Assembly: GCA_041743795.1 (NCBI GenBank)
Contig: JBGTMF010000265.1
Span: forward strand, 1 to 51,442
Direction: 5' to 3'
Length of the DNA stretch: 51,442 nucleotides
From: Thermodesulfobacteriota bacterium
GTDB taxonomy: Bacteria; Desulfobacterota; Binatia; HRBIN30; CADEER01
Made by a program: the position numbers and the translations under genes
Shown here: positions 1 to 9,506 of the stretch, one piece after another
Layout: every line of letters starts with the position of its first letter
How positions within the stretch are numbered: the stretch's first letter is position 1
The notes under the pieces: generated by a model
Database searches by the model: none
What the model saw: the letters and a program-made list of their open reading frames with translations, nothing else
What the model was told of the DNA's origin: nothing

Positions 1-1
1 G

Positions 2-136
2 GCTCGGCATGCCGCGCTGCGCGACGCCCTGTGCGAAGCCGGCGTGCATCACGTCGTCGCGCTCGGCGAGATGCAGCGGCCGACCCTGGCGTGGCAACCA
101 GGCGGTCGACCGCGCATCGCGGATTGGATTCTCTAA
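2..136 (+). CDS. 3' end of an unidentified CDS entering from the left edge (partial)
   Basis: Frame 2 is open from the window edge to TAA at 134-136 with GC-rich third positions (...ALGEMQRPTLAWQPGGRPRIADWIL*). Only 44 codons are visible and no family is recognisable. Confidence 0.35.
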   Translation, partial: ARHAALRDALCEAGVHHVVALGEMQRPTLAWQPGGRPRIADWIL

Positions 137-298
137 CAGTCCGTTGAAAAACCCGACAGCATGATTCGACGAGCTCAGCATGAGCGGTTCTCCGGCCCAA
201 TTTCAGAGGGCTTTTCCGCTCGCCCTGAGCCTGTCGAAGGGCCGTCTCGGCATTTTCAACAGGCTGCTAACCCCCGGCCTACGTTTTCAACGGATCGC
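134..298. repeat. Palindromic MITE-like intergenic repeat, copy 1
   Basis: Terminal inverted repeat TAACAGTCCGTTGAAAAA (134-151) / TTTTCAACAGGCTGCTAA (253-270). The internal arms are imperfectly self-complementary. An extra partial right end at 274-293 matches copy 2. No coding capacity. Confidence 0.6.
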
Positions 299-324
299 CA
301 ACACGCGCGCCAGCGCGATATCGG

Positions 325-1545
325 GTGCACACCATGAATCGGATCGAACGAGACGAGTTGACCGCCTTGTTTCTGCGCCACGTCTGTCAGACCTCGCCCG
401 CTCCGCTGGGGATCGTCGTCGATCGCGCGCTTGGTGCGAGGATCTGGGATGTGGACGGTCGCGAGTACCTCGACCTGCTGTCGGGGATCGGCGTCGCCGG
501 AATTGGCCACTGCAACCCGCAGGTCGTCGCGGCCATCGTCGCGCAGGCGCCGCGTTACCTGCACGCCGCGGTATACGGCGAAGCGGTCGAGCAACCGCAG
601 GTCCACCTGGCGAGGCGTATCGCCGAACTCACGCCGGGCGATCTGACGGTGACGTACTTCACCAACAGTGGCACCGAGGCGATCGAAGGGGCATTGAAGC
701 TGGCGCGCAAGCGCACCGGACGCCAGCGCTTCATCGCCTTCTCCGGTGGCTACCACGGCGACACCACCGGATCGCTCGCCCTTTGCGACAACGCCACGTA
801 CCGGCAACCGTTCGAGCCGCTACAACTCGACGTCGATTTCCTTCCGTTCGGCGACGTCGCGTCTCTCGACCGCATCGACGCATCGGTCGCCGCGGTCATC
901 GTCGAACCGGTCCAGGCGGAAGGAGGCGTTCGCATCCCACCGGAGGAGTTCCACTCCGCGCTGCGCCGTGCTTGTGACCGTTCCGGGGCACTGTTGATCC
1001 ACGACGAAGTGATGACCGGCCTCGGTCGCACGGGGCGGTGGTTCGCCTGCCAGCACTGGGACGTCTGCCCCGACATTCTCGTCCTGGCAAAAGCCCTCGG
1101 TGGAGGGCTTCCCCTCGGCGCCTTCGTCGGCAGCCAACGGTTGATGGCGGAGCTATCCCACGACCCGCCGCTGTGCCATGTCACGACGTTCGGTGGCCAC
1201 CCATTGTCGTGTGCGGCGGGATTGGCCGGGCTCGAGTTCGCCGAACGCGAGAATCTGCCCGCCCGCGCCGCGGATCAAGGCCGTCTCTGGCTCGAGCGAT
1301 TGGCAAAGCTGCGAGATGATCGCTTGCTCGACGTGCGGGGGCTGGGGATGTTGATCGGTCTACAGTTTGCCGATGCCGAACTTACCCAATCGTTCGCCAG
1401 GGAGGCATTCGCCCAAGGACTGATCCTCAACTGGACGCTGCACCGCGACACGGTGATCCGCCTGGCGCCGCCGCTGGTGATGACGGCCGAAGAGACCGAT
1501 GACGCGTTGGATACGCTTGCCCGCATCGCGCACGGACTTGTCTAG
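325..1545 (+). CDS. Class III PLP-dependent aminotransferase (acetylornithine/GABA/omega-aminotransferase family)
   Basis: 406-aa ORF with family-typical blocks FTNSGTEAIEGALKLARK, SGGYHGDT and LLIHDEVMTGLGRTGRWFACQHW, plus the lysine context DILVLAKALGGGLPLGA. The start is either GTG 325 or ATG 334. Confidence 0.9.
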   Translation: MHTMNRIERDELTALFLRHVCQTSPAPLGIVVDRALGARIWDVDGREYLDLLSGIGVAGIGHCNPQVVAAIVAQAPRYLHAAVYGEAVEQPQVHLARRIAELTPGDLTVTYFTNSGTEAIEGALKLARKRTGRQRFIAFSGGYHGDTTGSLALCDNATYRQPFEPLQLDVDFLPFGDVASLDRIDASVAAVIVEPVQAEGGVRIPPEEFHSALRRACDRSGALLIHDEVMTGLGRTGRWFACQHWDVCPDILVLAKALGGGLPLGAFVGSQRLMAELSHDPPLCHVTTFGGHPLSCAAGLAGLEFAERENLPARAADQGRLWLERLAKLRDDRLLDVRGLGMLIGLQFADAELTQSFAREAFAQGLILNWTLHRDTVIRLAPPLVMTAEETDDALDTLARIAHGLV

Positions 1546-1621
1546 CACTATTGGCCGCCGCTGCCGTCGACCCGTGTTTCGCGAATGGGAATGGATCGCA
1601 GGTGAATGAAAGCTCTGAAGT

Positions 1622-1653
1622 CCGCGCCGGCTCCGTGAGGGAATCCGGCGCGG
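1622..1653. terminator. Hairpin between convergent genes (possible bidirectional terminator)
   Basis: CCGCGCCGG (1622-1630) pairs with CCGGCGCGG (1645-1653) around a 14-nt loop. It lies between the stop at 1545 (+) and the stop at 1661 (-). There is no clear U-tract. Confidence 0.45.
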
Positions 1654-1660
1654 CTCCGGA

Positions 1661-4600
1661 TCACTTATCCTTGCGGCGGTTGAACAGGTAAATCACGCTC
1701 TCCCCGCCGGGGTTCTTGCCGGTGAGATTTGCCGTCGACTGCCAGACGACGAAGCGGCCGAAACTGATCCGCGGCACGTAGTTCTCGCCGAACGCCGAGC
1801 GCGAAATCGGTAGCGTCGTGCCGAACTTCCTGTCGAAGAGGTGGACCCGCCGGTTGCCGAGCTGGCTGCCCGTGTCTTCGACGTCGGACGTCGATTCGAA
1901 AACGACGAACCGGCCAAACGGATTGATCTGCGGGTTCGCGTTCTCGCCCACCGTCGTGTGGGTGACCTGCGTCGTCACCCCTTTCTCCCAGATGAACACT
2001 TCGCGGTTGCCGTCCGCATTCTGGCCGGTAAGGTTTCCAGTCGAAGTGAACACCAGCACCCGGCCATTCTTGGCCATGCTGGACGCACGGCTGTCGCCGC
2101 CGATGGTGTTGGTGATCTGGTGGAACCGCCACGTCTTCGAGGCGAACTTCGCGAAGAACACCTCGCGATTGCCGTCTGTGTTCTGCCCGGGTACCAGGTC
2201 GGCCGTCGAGTCGAACAGGAAGTTTCTCCCATTCTGTGTTACGGGGCGGCGATTCTCGTGGCCTGTCGTATTGGTGATCTGCTCCCAGATCGCCTTCTTC
2301 GAGTCGAGGAAGAAGATCTCCGGATTTCCGTCGCCATTCTGTCCGAGCGGATCGGCCGTCGACTCCATGACGATGCGGCGCCCGCGCCGATCGGGCGACG
2401 CCATCGCCGAATCCTTCCCGACTCCATCGCTGTACATGGAGAGCACCTGGTTCGGATTGGCCGGCTCGAATCTGCGGAACGCACGCTGGTGCCAGCTGTG
2501 CACCTCCTGCGAGCGATCGGCGTTGGTCCCCAACAGGTCCGCGTCGGAGGAGAAGAACACGTTGCGCGTCTGCGTGAACCGCGGAGTGAAGCTGCTCGCA
2601 GTTCCGCTCGGGTCATGACTGAGCTGGGTCACCAGTGCGCAAACACCATCGCTGACGATCGGATCAGCCGAGAAGTCGGCCGGGCAATCGCGCTGCGTCG
2701 AACACGGCTCACCAGGCCTGGTGCCGCCGAGACAGTACGACTGGACCCTGCCCCGTGGCTTGAGGTTGAGTACGAACACCTCGGCACCGCCGTCCGAATT
2801 GTCGACGTTCAATCGGATGTCGCCGTTCAGATCGTGATCCGAAACAAATGCGATGAAGCGTCCCTTCAAAGCGATATCCGGGTCGCGACCGGGGGCTACA
2901 TATTGCACCTCTTCGCTCAGCTCACCGGCGTTGCATACCCCGAGCACGCTCGGAAATCCGCCCGGCGCAGGTCCGCAGAGAAACTCGACGAACGACGTGC
3001 CAAGGCCCCCGTTGCGCTCCTCGATCGTATCGCCCGGCCCGGCCATCGCCTGGCTGGCGTGGTGCGGCCCCCCCTGCGAGCCCCACCAGTTGAGAGTCGC
3101 ATTCACTGGGGTTTCCGGCGCCTCGTTGCCGAGCCCGACACCATTGCCGACGATGTTGTTCTGCAATACCCGCGGCGGCAACGCGCCCGCGAGGATGGTG
3201 ATTCCGTCGCCCGTATTGCCGAGGATGTTGTTCTCCTCGATGCGGCTTCCCGCATCCAACGCGCCGACGACGATTCCCGCCGTCGCGGAACCCTGCACCT
3301 GATTTCCGAGAATGTTGATCCCTACCCCTGAGGCGTGCAGGCTGGCTCCACTGTCGCCGCCCCCCGTCAGGCTGTTTTGCACCACCCGGATCAACACCGC
3401 AGGTGGATTCTCCTGTTGATCGATGTCTATGTGCGCATCGCTCACCGCCAAGGTATTGGCCTGGATCGTCGCGCAGTCCACCTTGCGCTGCCAGGCGATG
3501 CCGGTGGGACCGCCGCTGATCTGGTTGCCGAGGATCCGCAGATTCGATCCGCGACCCGGTGCAGAGCACGACGCTTCACCGAGCGGACAGATTGCGTCAG
3601 CCGACACCGCCGCGCCCGCCGTCACTTCGATGGAAAAGCCCTCGATGGTGACACCACTACGCCGCACGTCGAAGGCTACGCCGGTAGCCTGCACCGTCGT
3701 CGAGCTTGCGCCCGCGTTCGACTGGATCGTCAGCTCCTTCGCAACCGTCACGTTCTCGGCGTAGGTGCCCGGACACACCGAAATCACGTCGCCGTCACCC
3801 ACCGCGGCGTCATCGATCGCCTGCTGGATGGTCGCGTACGGCGCCGACGCACAGCCCGCCAGCGCGCCGGGACCATCATTGGCGGTCGTGTCATTGACGA
3901 AGAACACGTTCGCTGGTCCCGCGTGGCTGTAGGTACACGCCGTCGACAGTGTGCAGTTGGCCTCGCAGCCGTCGCCGTTGAAGGCATTGCCGTCATCGCA
4001 CTGCTCACCGACATCTAGGTTGCCGTCGCCACACGTTTCGATCGTCGGCGTACTGGTCGCCGTCGAAGTGGCGGTGGGAATCGGCGTCTCGGTGAACGTC
4101 GCCGTATGCGTCGACGTCCCTGTTGGCTCCGGCGTGTGCGTGAACGTATCAGTCGGCTCCGGTGTATTCGTGAACGTGTCGGTCGGAGCCGGTGTGTGCG
4201 TGAACGTATCGGTCGGCACCGGCGTGTGTGTGAACGTATCGGTCGGCACCGGCGTGTGTGTGAACGTATCGGTCGGCGCCGGCGTGTGCGTGAACGTATC
4301 GGTCGGCGCCGGTGTGTGCGTGAACGTATCGGTCGGCGCCGGCGTGTGCGTGAACGTATCGGTCGGCACCGGCGTGTGCGTGAATGTGGAGGTCGCTGTC
4401 GCCGTCGCTGTGTGCGTCGGCGGCGGATTGACGAGAGTTTCCTCATCATCCGCGTTGTTGTCATCGATCGGATCCGAGGTCAGACTCGTTACGCTGGCGG
4501 TGTTGGAGATCGTCCCTGGCGCTGTCGTGGTCGCGACGATTGTGATGGTTGCGTCCGCGCCTGGATACGGCATGGCGTCGAGGTCGCAGGTGACGGTTCC

Positions 4601-5965
4601 GCTCGAATGGGAGCAGTTGCCCTGGGAGGGGATCGCGGAAACAAACGTGACGCTTGCCGGCAGCGTATCCGTGACGACGACTCCGGTCGCATTGCTCGGG
4701 CCGTGATTGGTCACCGTCAGCGTGTAGACGACCTCATCACCGACGGTGAGAGGGTCCAGCGCGTCGACTTTCGTAATGCCCAGGTCGCTGGTGATGTCGA
4801 AGCCGCAACTACTCGGGCGTTGCGCCGGGTGGAAGATCGCATTCATGTACATCCGCCGAGCGTTGATACTGTCGAGAGTTGAGTTCGTGTATTCGTGGCC
4901 CGCAAGGTAGAAGACGAAACCGCCCGCGGCCCCTCCGGTCACCTTCGAAACAGAAGCTTTGACGCGCGGCGGATCGGTCGACTGGTGCACGGCGTGAACG
5001 TGCGTTCCATTCACCAGGGTCCCTGCGGGGAGGATGAACTGCCGCAGGGAACCGCCGGTATTCTCGAAGGCTCCGACAAACTGACTGTACGCCAAATCCG
5101 CGCTCGGGTAGTCGAAGTCGGTACCGGGATTCATTCCAACCTTGGTAATGCCGCCGCTGGTCTGGAATCTGCCGTGCAGCGCGTTGTTCTCGTAGGTAAA
5201 TGCCCCTTCGCATTGCGCCAGAAGATTGCCACCCGACGTAACGAAGTTGCGCACGGATGAAACAATCGTGTTCACGTTGCCATCGGCCTGATAGTGCGGC
5301 TCTGTGACGATCGTGGTGCAGAGATTGGCGTTGAGTTGCGCCGCCGTCGTTGGTGCGGTGAGGACGAAGTAGTCCGTCGTCGGAACAAACCCCGCTTCGT
5401 CGAGCATCGTGGTTTGTACGGAGCTCTCTCCGCCATCGTTGGCCACCGCGACGAGCGCCCGCTGTGTGAGGGTGAAGCGGATGTCTATGTTCGCGTCCTG
5501 TGTCAACTCATACACAGCGACATTGTTGCCGTATGCGGCGATGATCGGCGCGGCCTGGGCGGCGAAGGCCTGCTGCACGATGAACGGGCCGCCGCTGAAG
5601 TTCAGCGTAGCGGCGGCGACGGCGCTTGGAGTGTTGCGCTTTGCCGTCGCCGTGAAATCGATACCGTCCTTTGCTTTGCCGGTCGCGATTGCCCACTTCA
5701 CAGGGATGTTGCTCGAGAGCAACCGTTGCACCAGACCGTAGGAGCGCAGGTTGAATGCCACCGTCGCCGCAGGGTTGGTGGGGTCGATGTTCTGCTTGCC
5801 GTCCATTGCGATGACGAGCGAGCCTGCGGGAATGGTCATGATGTTCTGAACGGCCGGGGGAAACTGTGCCTCGACGGAACGCGGTCCCGTACCGAGAGTC
5901 ACTGAGATCATCGCGGCCACCGCGGATGCAACGATCGGTAACCGCCGTCGCGTCATGCGGCGCAT
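1661..5965 (-). CDS. Giant exported mosaic protein: unknown N-domain, DUF11 repeat, PT decapeptide repeats, Myxococcus-type Cys-rich repeat, right-handed beta-helix, PD40/TolB-like propeller
   Basis: Signal peptide [34 protein letters not shown]11 block [41 protein letters not shown], then about nine FTHTP[AVE]PTDT repeats and [27 protein letters not shown]. NosD-like beta-helix repeats (ILGNQ.., [20 protein letters not shown]). PD40-like repeats ([40 protein letters not shown]). Start is ambiguous: ATG 5965, ATG 5956, or ATG 6034 preceded by GGGGGG. Confidence 0.85.
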   Translation of the reverse strand: MRRMTRRRLPIVASAVAAMISVTLGTGPRSVEAQFPPAVQNIMTIPAGSLVIAMDGKQNIDPTNPAATVAFNLRSYGLVQRLLSSNIPVKWAIATGKAKDGIDFTATAKRNTPSAVAAATLNFSGGPFIVQQAFAAQAAPIIAAYGNNVAVYELTQDANIDIRFTLTQRALVAVANDGGESSVQTTMLDEAGFVPTTDYFVLTAPTTAAQLNANLCTTIVTEPHYQADGNVNTIVSSVRNFVTSGGNLLAQCEGAFTYENNALHGRFQTSGGITKVGMNPGTDFDYPSADLAYSQFVGAFENTGGSLRQFILPAGTLVNGTHVHAVHQSTDPPRVKASVSKVTGGAAGGFVFYLAGHEYTNSTLDSINARRMYMNAIFHPAQRPSSCGFDITSDLGITKVDALDPLTVGDEVVYTLTVTNHGPSNATGVVVTDTLPASVTFVSAIPSQGNCSHSSGTVTCDLDAMPYPGADATITIVATTTAPGTISNTASVTSLTSDPIDDNNADDEETLVNPPPTHTATATATSTFTHTPVPTDTFTHTPAPTDTFTHTPAPTDTFTHTPAPTDTFTHTPVPTDTFTHTPVPTDTFTHTPAPTDTFTNTPEPTDTFTHTPEPTGTSTHTATFTETPIPTATSTATSTPTIETCGDGNLDVGEQCDDGNAFNGDGCEANCTLSTACTYSHAGPANVFFVNDTTANDGPGALAGCASAPYATIQQAIDDAAVGDGDVISVCPGTYAENVTVAKELTIQSNAGASSTTVQATGVAFDVRRSGVTIEGFSIEVTAGAAVSADAICPLGEASCSAPGRGSNLRILGNQISGGPTGIAWQRKVDCATIQANTLAVSDAHIDIDQQENPPAVLIRVVQNSLTGGGDSGASLHASGVGINILGNQVQGSATAGIVVGALDAGSRIEENNILGNTGDGITILAGALPPRVLQNNIVGNGVGLGNEAPETPVNATLNWWGSQGGPHHASQAMAGPGDTIEERNGGLGTSFVEFLCGPAPGGFPSVLGVCNAGELSEEVQYVAPGRDPDIALKGRFIAFVSDHDLNGDIRLNVDNSDGGAEVFVLNLKPRGRVQSYCLGGTRPGEPCSTQRDCPADFSADPIVSDGVCALVTQLSHDPSGTASSFTPRFTQTRNVFFSSDADLLGTNADRSQEVHSWHQRAFRRFEPANPNQVLSMYSDGVGKDSAMASPDRRGRRIVMESTADPLGQNGDGNPEIFFLDSKKAIWEQITNTTGHENRRPVTQNGRNFLFDSTADLVPGQNTDGNREVFFAKFASKTWRFHQITNTIGGDSRASSMAKNGRVLVFTSTGNLTGQNADGNREVFIWEKGVTTQVTHTTVGENANPQINPFGRFVVFESTSDVEDTGSQLGNRRVHLFDRKFGTTLPISRSAFGENYVPRISFGRFVVWQSTANLTGKNPGGESVIYLFNRRKDK
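4131..4390 (-). repeat. Near-perfect 30-bp tandem repeat (8 good units plus degenerate flanks) inside the giant CDS
   Basis: Units GG[CT]GTGTG[CT]GTGAACGTATCGGTCGGC[AG]CC recur at exact 30-nt spacing from 4131 to 4370, with degenerate copies on both sides. In frame they encode FTHTP[AV]PTDT. Confidence 0.92.
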
Positions 5966-6257
5966 CCTTCCCTGACGAGAACGAACGGCGAAAGTAAGCA
6001 CGAATTGCTCGGCGTTGAGACGCTGGTTCTGCATGAAACCCCCCGGAAAACCTACATGAAGCCAGCGTCCCCGCACCCACCACCAATTCCGCCCCGCGAT
6101 TGGATCCGGCCTACGATTCAGCCATTACTGGGTATTACTTGCCGGGTGGGTTTACAAGGATTTTGCTATGGAAAGTGGAGTTTTTTCTGCGAACATGCGA
6201 CGTCGCAAGCCGGTCGATGAGCGACTCGACTCAACTCTCGGCCGCCCCTCACCGCTC

Positions 6258-8171
6258 CTATGCGTGGGCTGCCGATGGCAGAGCCGAGCGCAGGGTGGAA
6301 ACCGCCCCAGGCCCCGCCGCGTCGACGGCAACGCCGCGCATCCAACTACCGCCGTCGGGATCGATGAGAACCTCGCCGACGTGCCCGACGTGGCGCACCG
6401 ACATCGAGATCGACCGCGCTGCGAAACTTTCGGCTGGCGGTAGTTCCATGCGACCTAGAAAGTGGCTCGCTGTAGCGGCATCGAAGTTGAAGCACTCCTC
6501 GCGGATTCCACCGGGCCCTACCTTCGGACAGAACGCGCGATCGATCTGCAACACCATGTGGGCGCGACGCGACGTCTCTCGGTCGATCCCGGCGGCACGC
6601 AGGGATGTATCGAGAACGGTTGCGATGGTGCGAAACGCGCGTTCCTCGTCGCGCAGTGCCGCCACGTACAGCGCCGCGCGATTCTCGTAGACCGTCATGC
6701 GGTCGCGCAGGTCGAGCTGCGGCAGATCGGCGGCAAACTCGGCCGCCAGCGCACGCAGCGCCGCACGGAGGAAGGCGGAGACACCAAAGCCGCCGCCGAG
6801 GGCGAGGTACCGCGCCGTGAAGGGGATGACGTAGCCGCGAACCAACACGATATGCGCGGAAATCAGATAGTACCCCTCGATGCCTTCGTCTCGCTCGAAG
6901 GTGTGGCACCCGACGACGTACTCGCCGTGGGCGCGACCGTATCCGGCGACCGGGATGGCTTCGATCTCGTACTCGTCGCGGCGCGCGTAGAACTCGCTAC
7001 CGGGCAGCAGCGTGTAGCCGAAGATGTTGATGTTGGGGAACACCGCCGATAGGCGGTCGAGGTGCTGTTCGAACTCGGCCAGGTTGTCGCCCGGCAAACC
7101 CCAGATCAGCTCGGTCGCCACCGAAACGCCGGCCTCTGCCATTTCCTTGGCGATCGGCTCGTATTGATTCGATCGAAGGTTCTTGCGGTGACTCAACTCG
7201 AGCGCCATCGGTGTCAGCGTCTGCAGCGCCAGGTTGTAGTGCTGCAGCATGCCGCTCTGGTGCAGCAGCAGGACGATCTCGCGCACGCGCGCGTTGTGCT
7301 GCTTGTGCCACGAAGTGGCAAACGTCGAGGGGCGGCCGGTACGGCGGCGCACATCGACCAGAATCCGCGCCTTCTCCAAGTCCTCCGGCAGCGCGCCGAA
7401 ATTGGAATCGCATAGCCAGATGTCGTCAACGCCGCCGGCGATCAGGCGTTCGACCTCATCGCGAAAACGCTCGAGCGGAAACTGGTACATCTTGGTGCCG
7501 ATGGCGCCGGTCCCCCACTCGCAAAAGGCGCAGCGAAACGGACAGCCGCGGGAGGTTTCGATGGCCGCACGAGGATAGCGCGGTCGGCCGGCGCCGTCGC
7601 GGAGTTCGATGACATCGAGCGCGGACGGTAGATCGGACAGGTCGATGCGCCGCGCCCGTGGCGCGGTGCGATGAAGGTGGCCGTCGTCGTCGCGATAGGC
7701 CAACCCTGCGATCGCGGCCCAAGCTTCTCGATTGGAGGCGTCGACGAACTCGCAAAACGTCGACTCGCCTTCGCCCAACACGACGGCGTCGATCCCGTCG
7801 CTGACGAGGAACTCTTCCGCGGCCTGCACGTGCGGACCACCGACGACAATCGTCAGCTCCGGCATATCGGCGCGCAGAGCGCCGATCAACTCGAGAAACG
7901 CGGCGACGTTCCAGGTGTAGCAACTGAACCCCAGCAACGGCGCCTGTCCGGCCCGCAATGCTCGCGCGGCAGTCTCACGGGCACCACCGCGCCACGACTG
8001 CTGCACCCACTCGGCGATGTCCTCCCGCTGGCGAAAATGCACCAGCTCGATCGCGGTGCTCGTCGCGGTCGCCCCGCGCTGCAGGAAGTAGGACTTGAGA
8101 CCACCGGTGACGAGCGGCGGGGAAGAAAACTGCTCGGTGTCCATGCTGAACAGCCATATGGGTCGCTTCAT
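6258..8171 (-). CDS. B12-binding-domain radical SAM protein (class B) with long C-terminal extension
   Basis: N-terminal B12-binding-like block LLGFSCYTWNVAAFLELIGALRADMPELTIVVGGPHVQAAEEFL..VDAVVLGEGE. Radical SAM cluster motif ETSRGCPFRCAFCEWG. About 200 aa follow the core. Start chosen at MKRPIWLF (8171); the ORF extends to 8246. Confidence 0.85.
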   Translation of the reverse strand: MKRPIWLFSMDTEQFSSPPLVTGGLKSYFLQRGATATSTAIELVHFRQREDIAEWVQQSWRGGARETAARALRAGQAPLLGFSCYTWNVAAFLELIGALRADMPELTIVVGGPHVQAAEEFLVSDGIDAVVLGEGESTFCEFVDASNREAWAAIAGLAYRDDDGHLHRTAPRARRIDLSDLPSALDVIELRDGAGRPRYPRAAIETSRGCPFRCAFCEWGTGAIGTKMYQFPLERFRDEVERLIAGGVDDIWLCDSNFGALPEDLEKARILVDVRRRTGRPSTFATSWHKQHNARVREIVLLLHQSGMLQHYNLALQTLTPMALELSHRKNLRSNQYEPIAKEMAEAGVSVATELIWGLPGDNLAEFEQHLDRLSAVFPNINIFGYTLLPGSEFYARRDEYEIEAIPVAGYGRAHGEYVVGCHTFERDEGIEGYYLISAHIVLVRGYVIPFTARYLALGGGFGVSAFLRAALRALAAEFAADLPQLDLRDRMTVYENRAALYVAALRDEERAFRTIATVLDTSLRAAGIDRETSRRAHMVLQIDRAFCPKVGPGGIREECFNFDAATASHFLGRMELPPAESFAARSISMSVRHVGHVGEVLIDPDGGSWMRGVAVDAAGPGAVSTLRSALPSAAHA

Positions 8172-8322
8172 CGAGAATCCTTCTGCGGGCTGCCGATCGG
8201 GTTGCCGGAGTTGGCCCCAAGCATCCGGCCGAGTCAAGCGACCCACGAAGCCCGGATTCCGCGACCCGAGGGTTGCGGTTGTGTCCCCGGGTTGGTTGAT
8301 AGGGACAACGGAGGGCTCTCGA

Positions 8323-9318
8323 ATGGAATTCGCAATTCAGGTTTCTGGTGGTCAGGTTCGCCGCGACAAAACGGGGATCGAGGCGCTCGTCGACGACGCG
8401 GTCCTCGCCGAGGAGTTGGGGTTTTCCACCGTCTTCGTTCCCGACCACTACGTCGCCGAAGCTCTCGGGCAACTGCAGCGCGACATCCCGATGTACGAGA
8501 TGTTCTTCGCCATGGCGACGCTGGCGCAGCGCACGAAGACGATCAAGATCGGCAGCCATGTCGCGTGCCTGTTGTTCCGCCATCCGGCGATGCACGCGCG
8601 CCTGTTCGCGCAGATCGACGAGGCCAGCGGCGGTCGCGTCATCGCCGGCGTCGGCGCCGGATGGACCCGCGCCGAGTTCGCGATGATGGGAATTCCGTTT
8701 CCCGACGTCTCCGAGCGCCTGAAGATGATGGACGAAGCGGTCGCCATCATGCGCGGCCTGTGGTCCGAGGTGTCGTTCTCGTACGACGGCGCATACTACA
8801 AGATCGACGCGGCGTGCTGTCTGCCCAAACCGGTACAGCCAGGCGGCCCGCCGATCATGCTCGGCGGCAGCGGCAACGGCATTCTCCGCCGTGCCGGCGA
8901 ATGGGCGGAGATCATCCACATGGTGCCGGTGATCGGCGCCGCCGGCACGACGACGATCGAAGAGATCAAGAAGTTCTCCGACGATTCGCTCAAGGAGAAG
9001 TTGGCCCGGGTTGCCGCAGCGGCGGCAAAGGCCGGCCGGCCGGCCGACAGCGTGCGTTTTGCGTCGACCATCTTCCGCTACCAGATGACAGCCTCGCCAG
9101 CGGAGACGCGAAAACAGGCCGAGCAGATGGCACAGTTGTTCGGCGTCTCCGCCGATGAGCTACTCGCACACCCTGTCAGCCTCATCGGCACCGCCGACGA
9201 GATCATCGCCGAGTTGCAACGGCGCGAACGGCAGCACGGTTTGTCGATGCTGGCATTGAACTTTGCCTCGCAGGACGAGCTGCGCGAGTTTGGCGAGAAG
9301 GTACTGCCGCACGTCTAG
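8323..9318 (+). CDS. LLM-class (luciferase-like) flavin/F420-dependent oxidoreductase
   Basis: Start MEFAIQV is preceded by GGAGGG. LLM-typical segments are LGFSTVFVPDHY, GGRVIAGVGAGWTRAEF and PPIMLGGSG. Divergent from the radical SAM gene. Confidence 0.85.
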   Translation: MEFAIQVSGGQVRRDKTGIEALVDDAVLAEELGFSTVFVPDHYVAEALGQLQRDIPMYEMFFAMATLAQRTKTIKIGSHVACLLFRHPAMHARLFAQIDEASGGRVIAGVGAGWTRAEFAMMGIPFPDVSERLKMMDEAVAIMRGLWSEVSFSYDGAYYKIDAACCLPKPVQPGGPPIMLGGSGNGILRRAGEWAEIIHMVPVIGAAGTTTIEEIKKFSDDSLKEKLARVAAAAAKAGRPADSVRFASTIFRYQMTASPAETRKQAEQMAQLFGVSADELLAHPVSLIGTADEIIAELQRRERQHGLSMLALNFASQDELREFGEKVLPHV

Positions 9319-9506
9319 TCGGATCGCGTCAACGCTGCGCCCGTGCCGGGTCCGACGCCGGTCACCACACACACTGGTTCTGCCCTGATACCCTCCATTC
9401 TCGCCCGCCGGCGATTGCCACCACCGCGCCCTATAGATCATACTAGGAAGTCGGCACGGTCTTAGGAACCGCTAGGCGCTCCAGCGGCGCCGGCCGGAGG
9501 GTATCC

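Noticed and set aside
180-977. 265-aa + ORF beginning inside MITE copy 1 (MSGSPAQFQRAFPLALSLSKG...)
   Set aside because: The N-terminus is the translated repeat and the rest is an out-of-frame, Arg-rich overlap of the aminotransferase gene. The similar ORFs 12965-13195 and 13146-13481 crossing MITE copy 2 (..PYFFNGLL..) are rejected for the same reason.
4131-4390. Regularly spaced 30-bp repeats considered as a possible CRISPR-like array
   Set aside because: The units are directly abutting with no spacers and stay in frame within a long CDS, encoding a PT decapeptide repeat. This is a coding tandem repeat, not CRISPR.
5924-5965. Twin-arginine (Tat) signal in [12 protein letters not shown] of the giant mosaic protein
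   Set aside because: Consecutive Arg residues are present, but the S/T-R-R-x-F-L-K context is poor (RRRLPIV) and a protein this large with many disulfide-type modules is more plausibly Sec-exported. This cannot be decided by eye.
7671-9158. 495-aa + ORF spanning the radical SAM and LLM genes
   Set aside because: It is antisense to the radical SAM CDS and out of frame with the LLM CDS. It is Arg-rich with no motifs, whereas both overlapped genes have clear family signatures.
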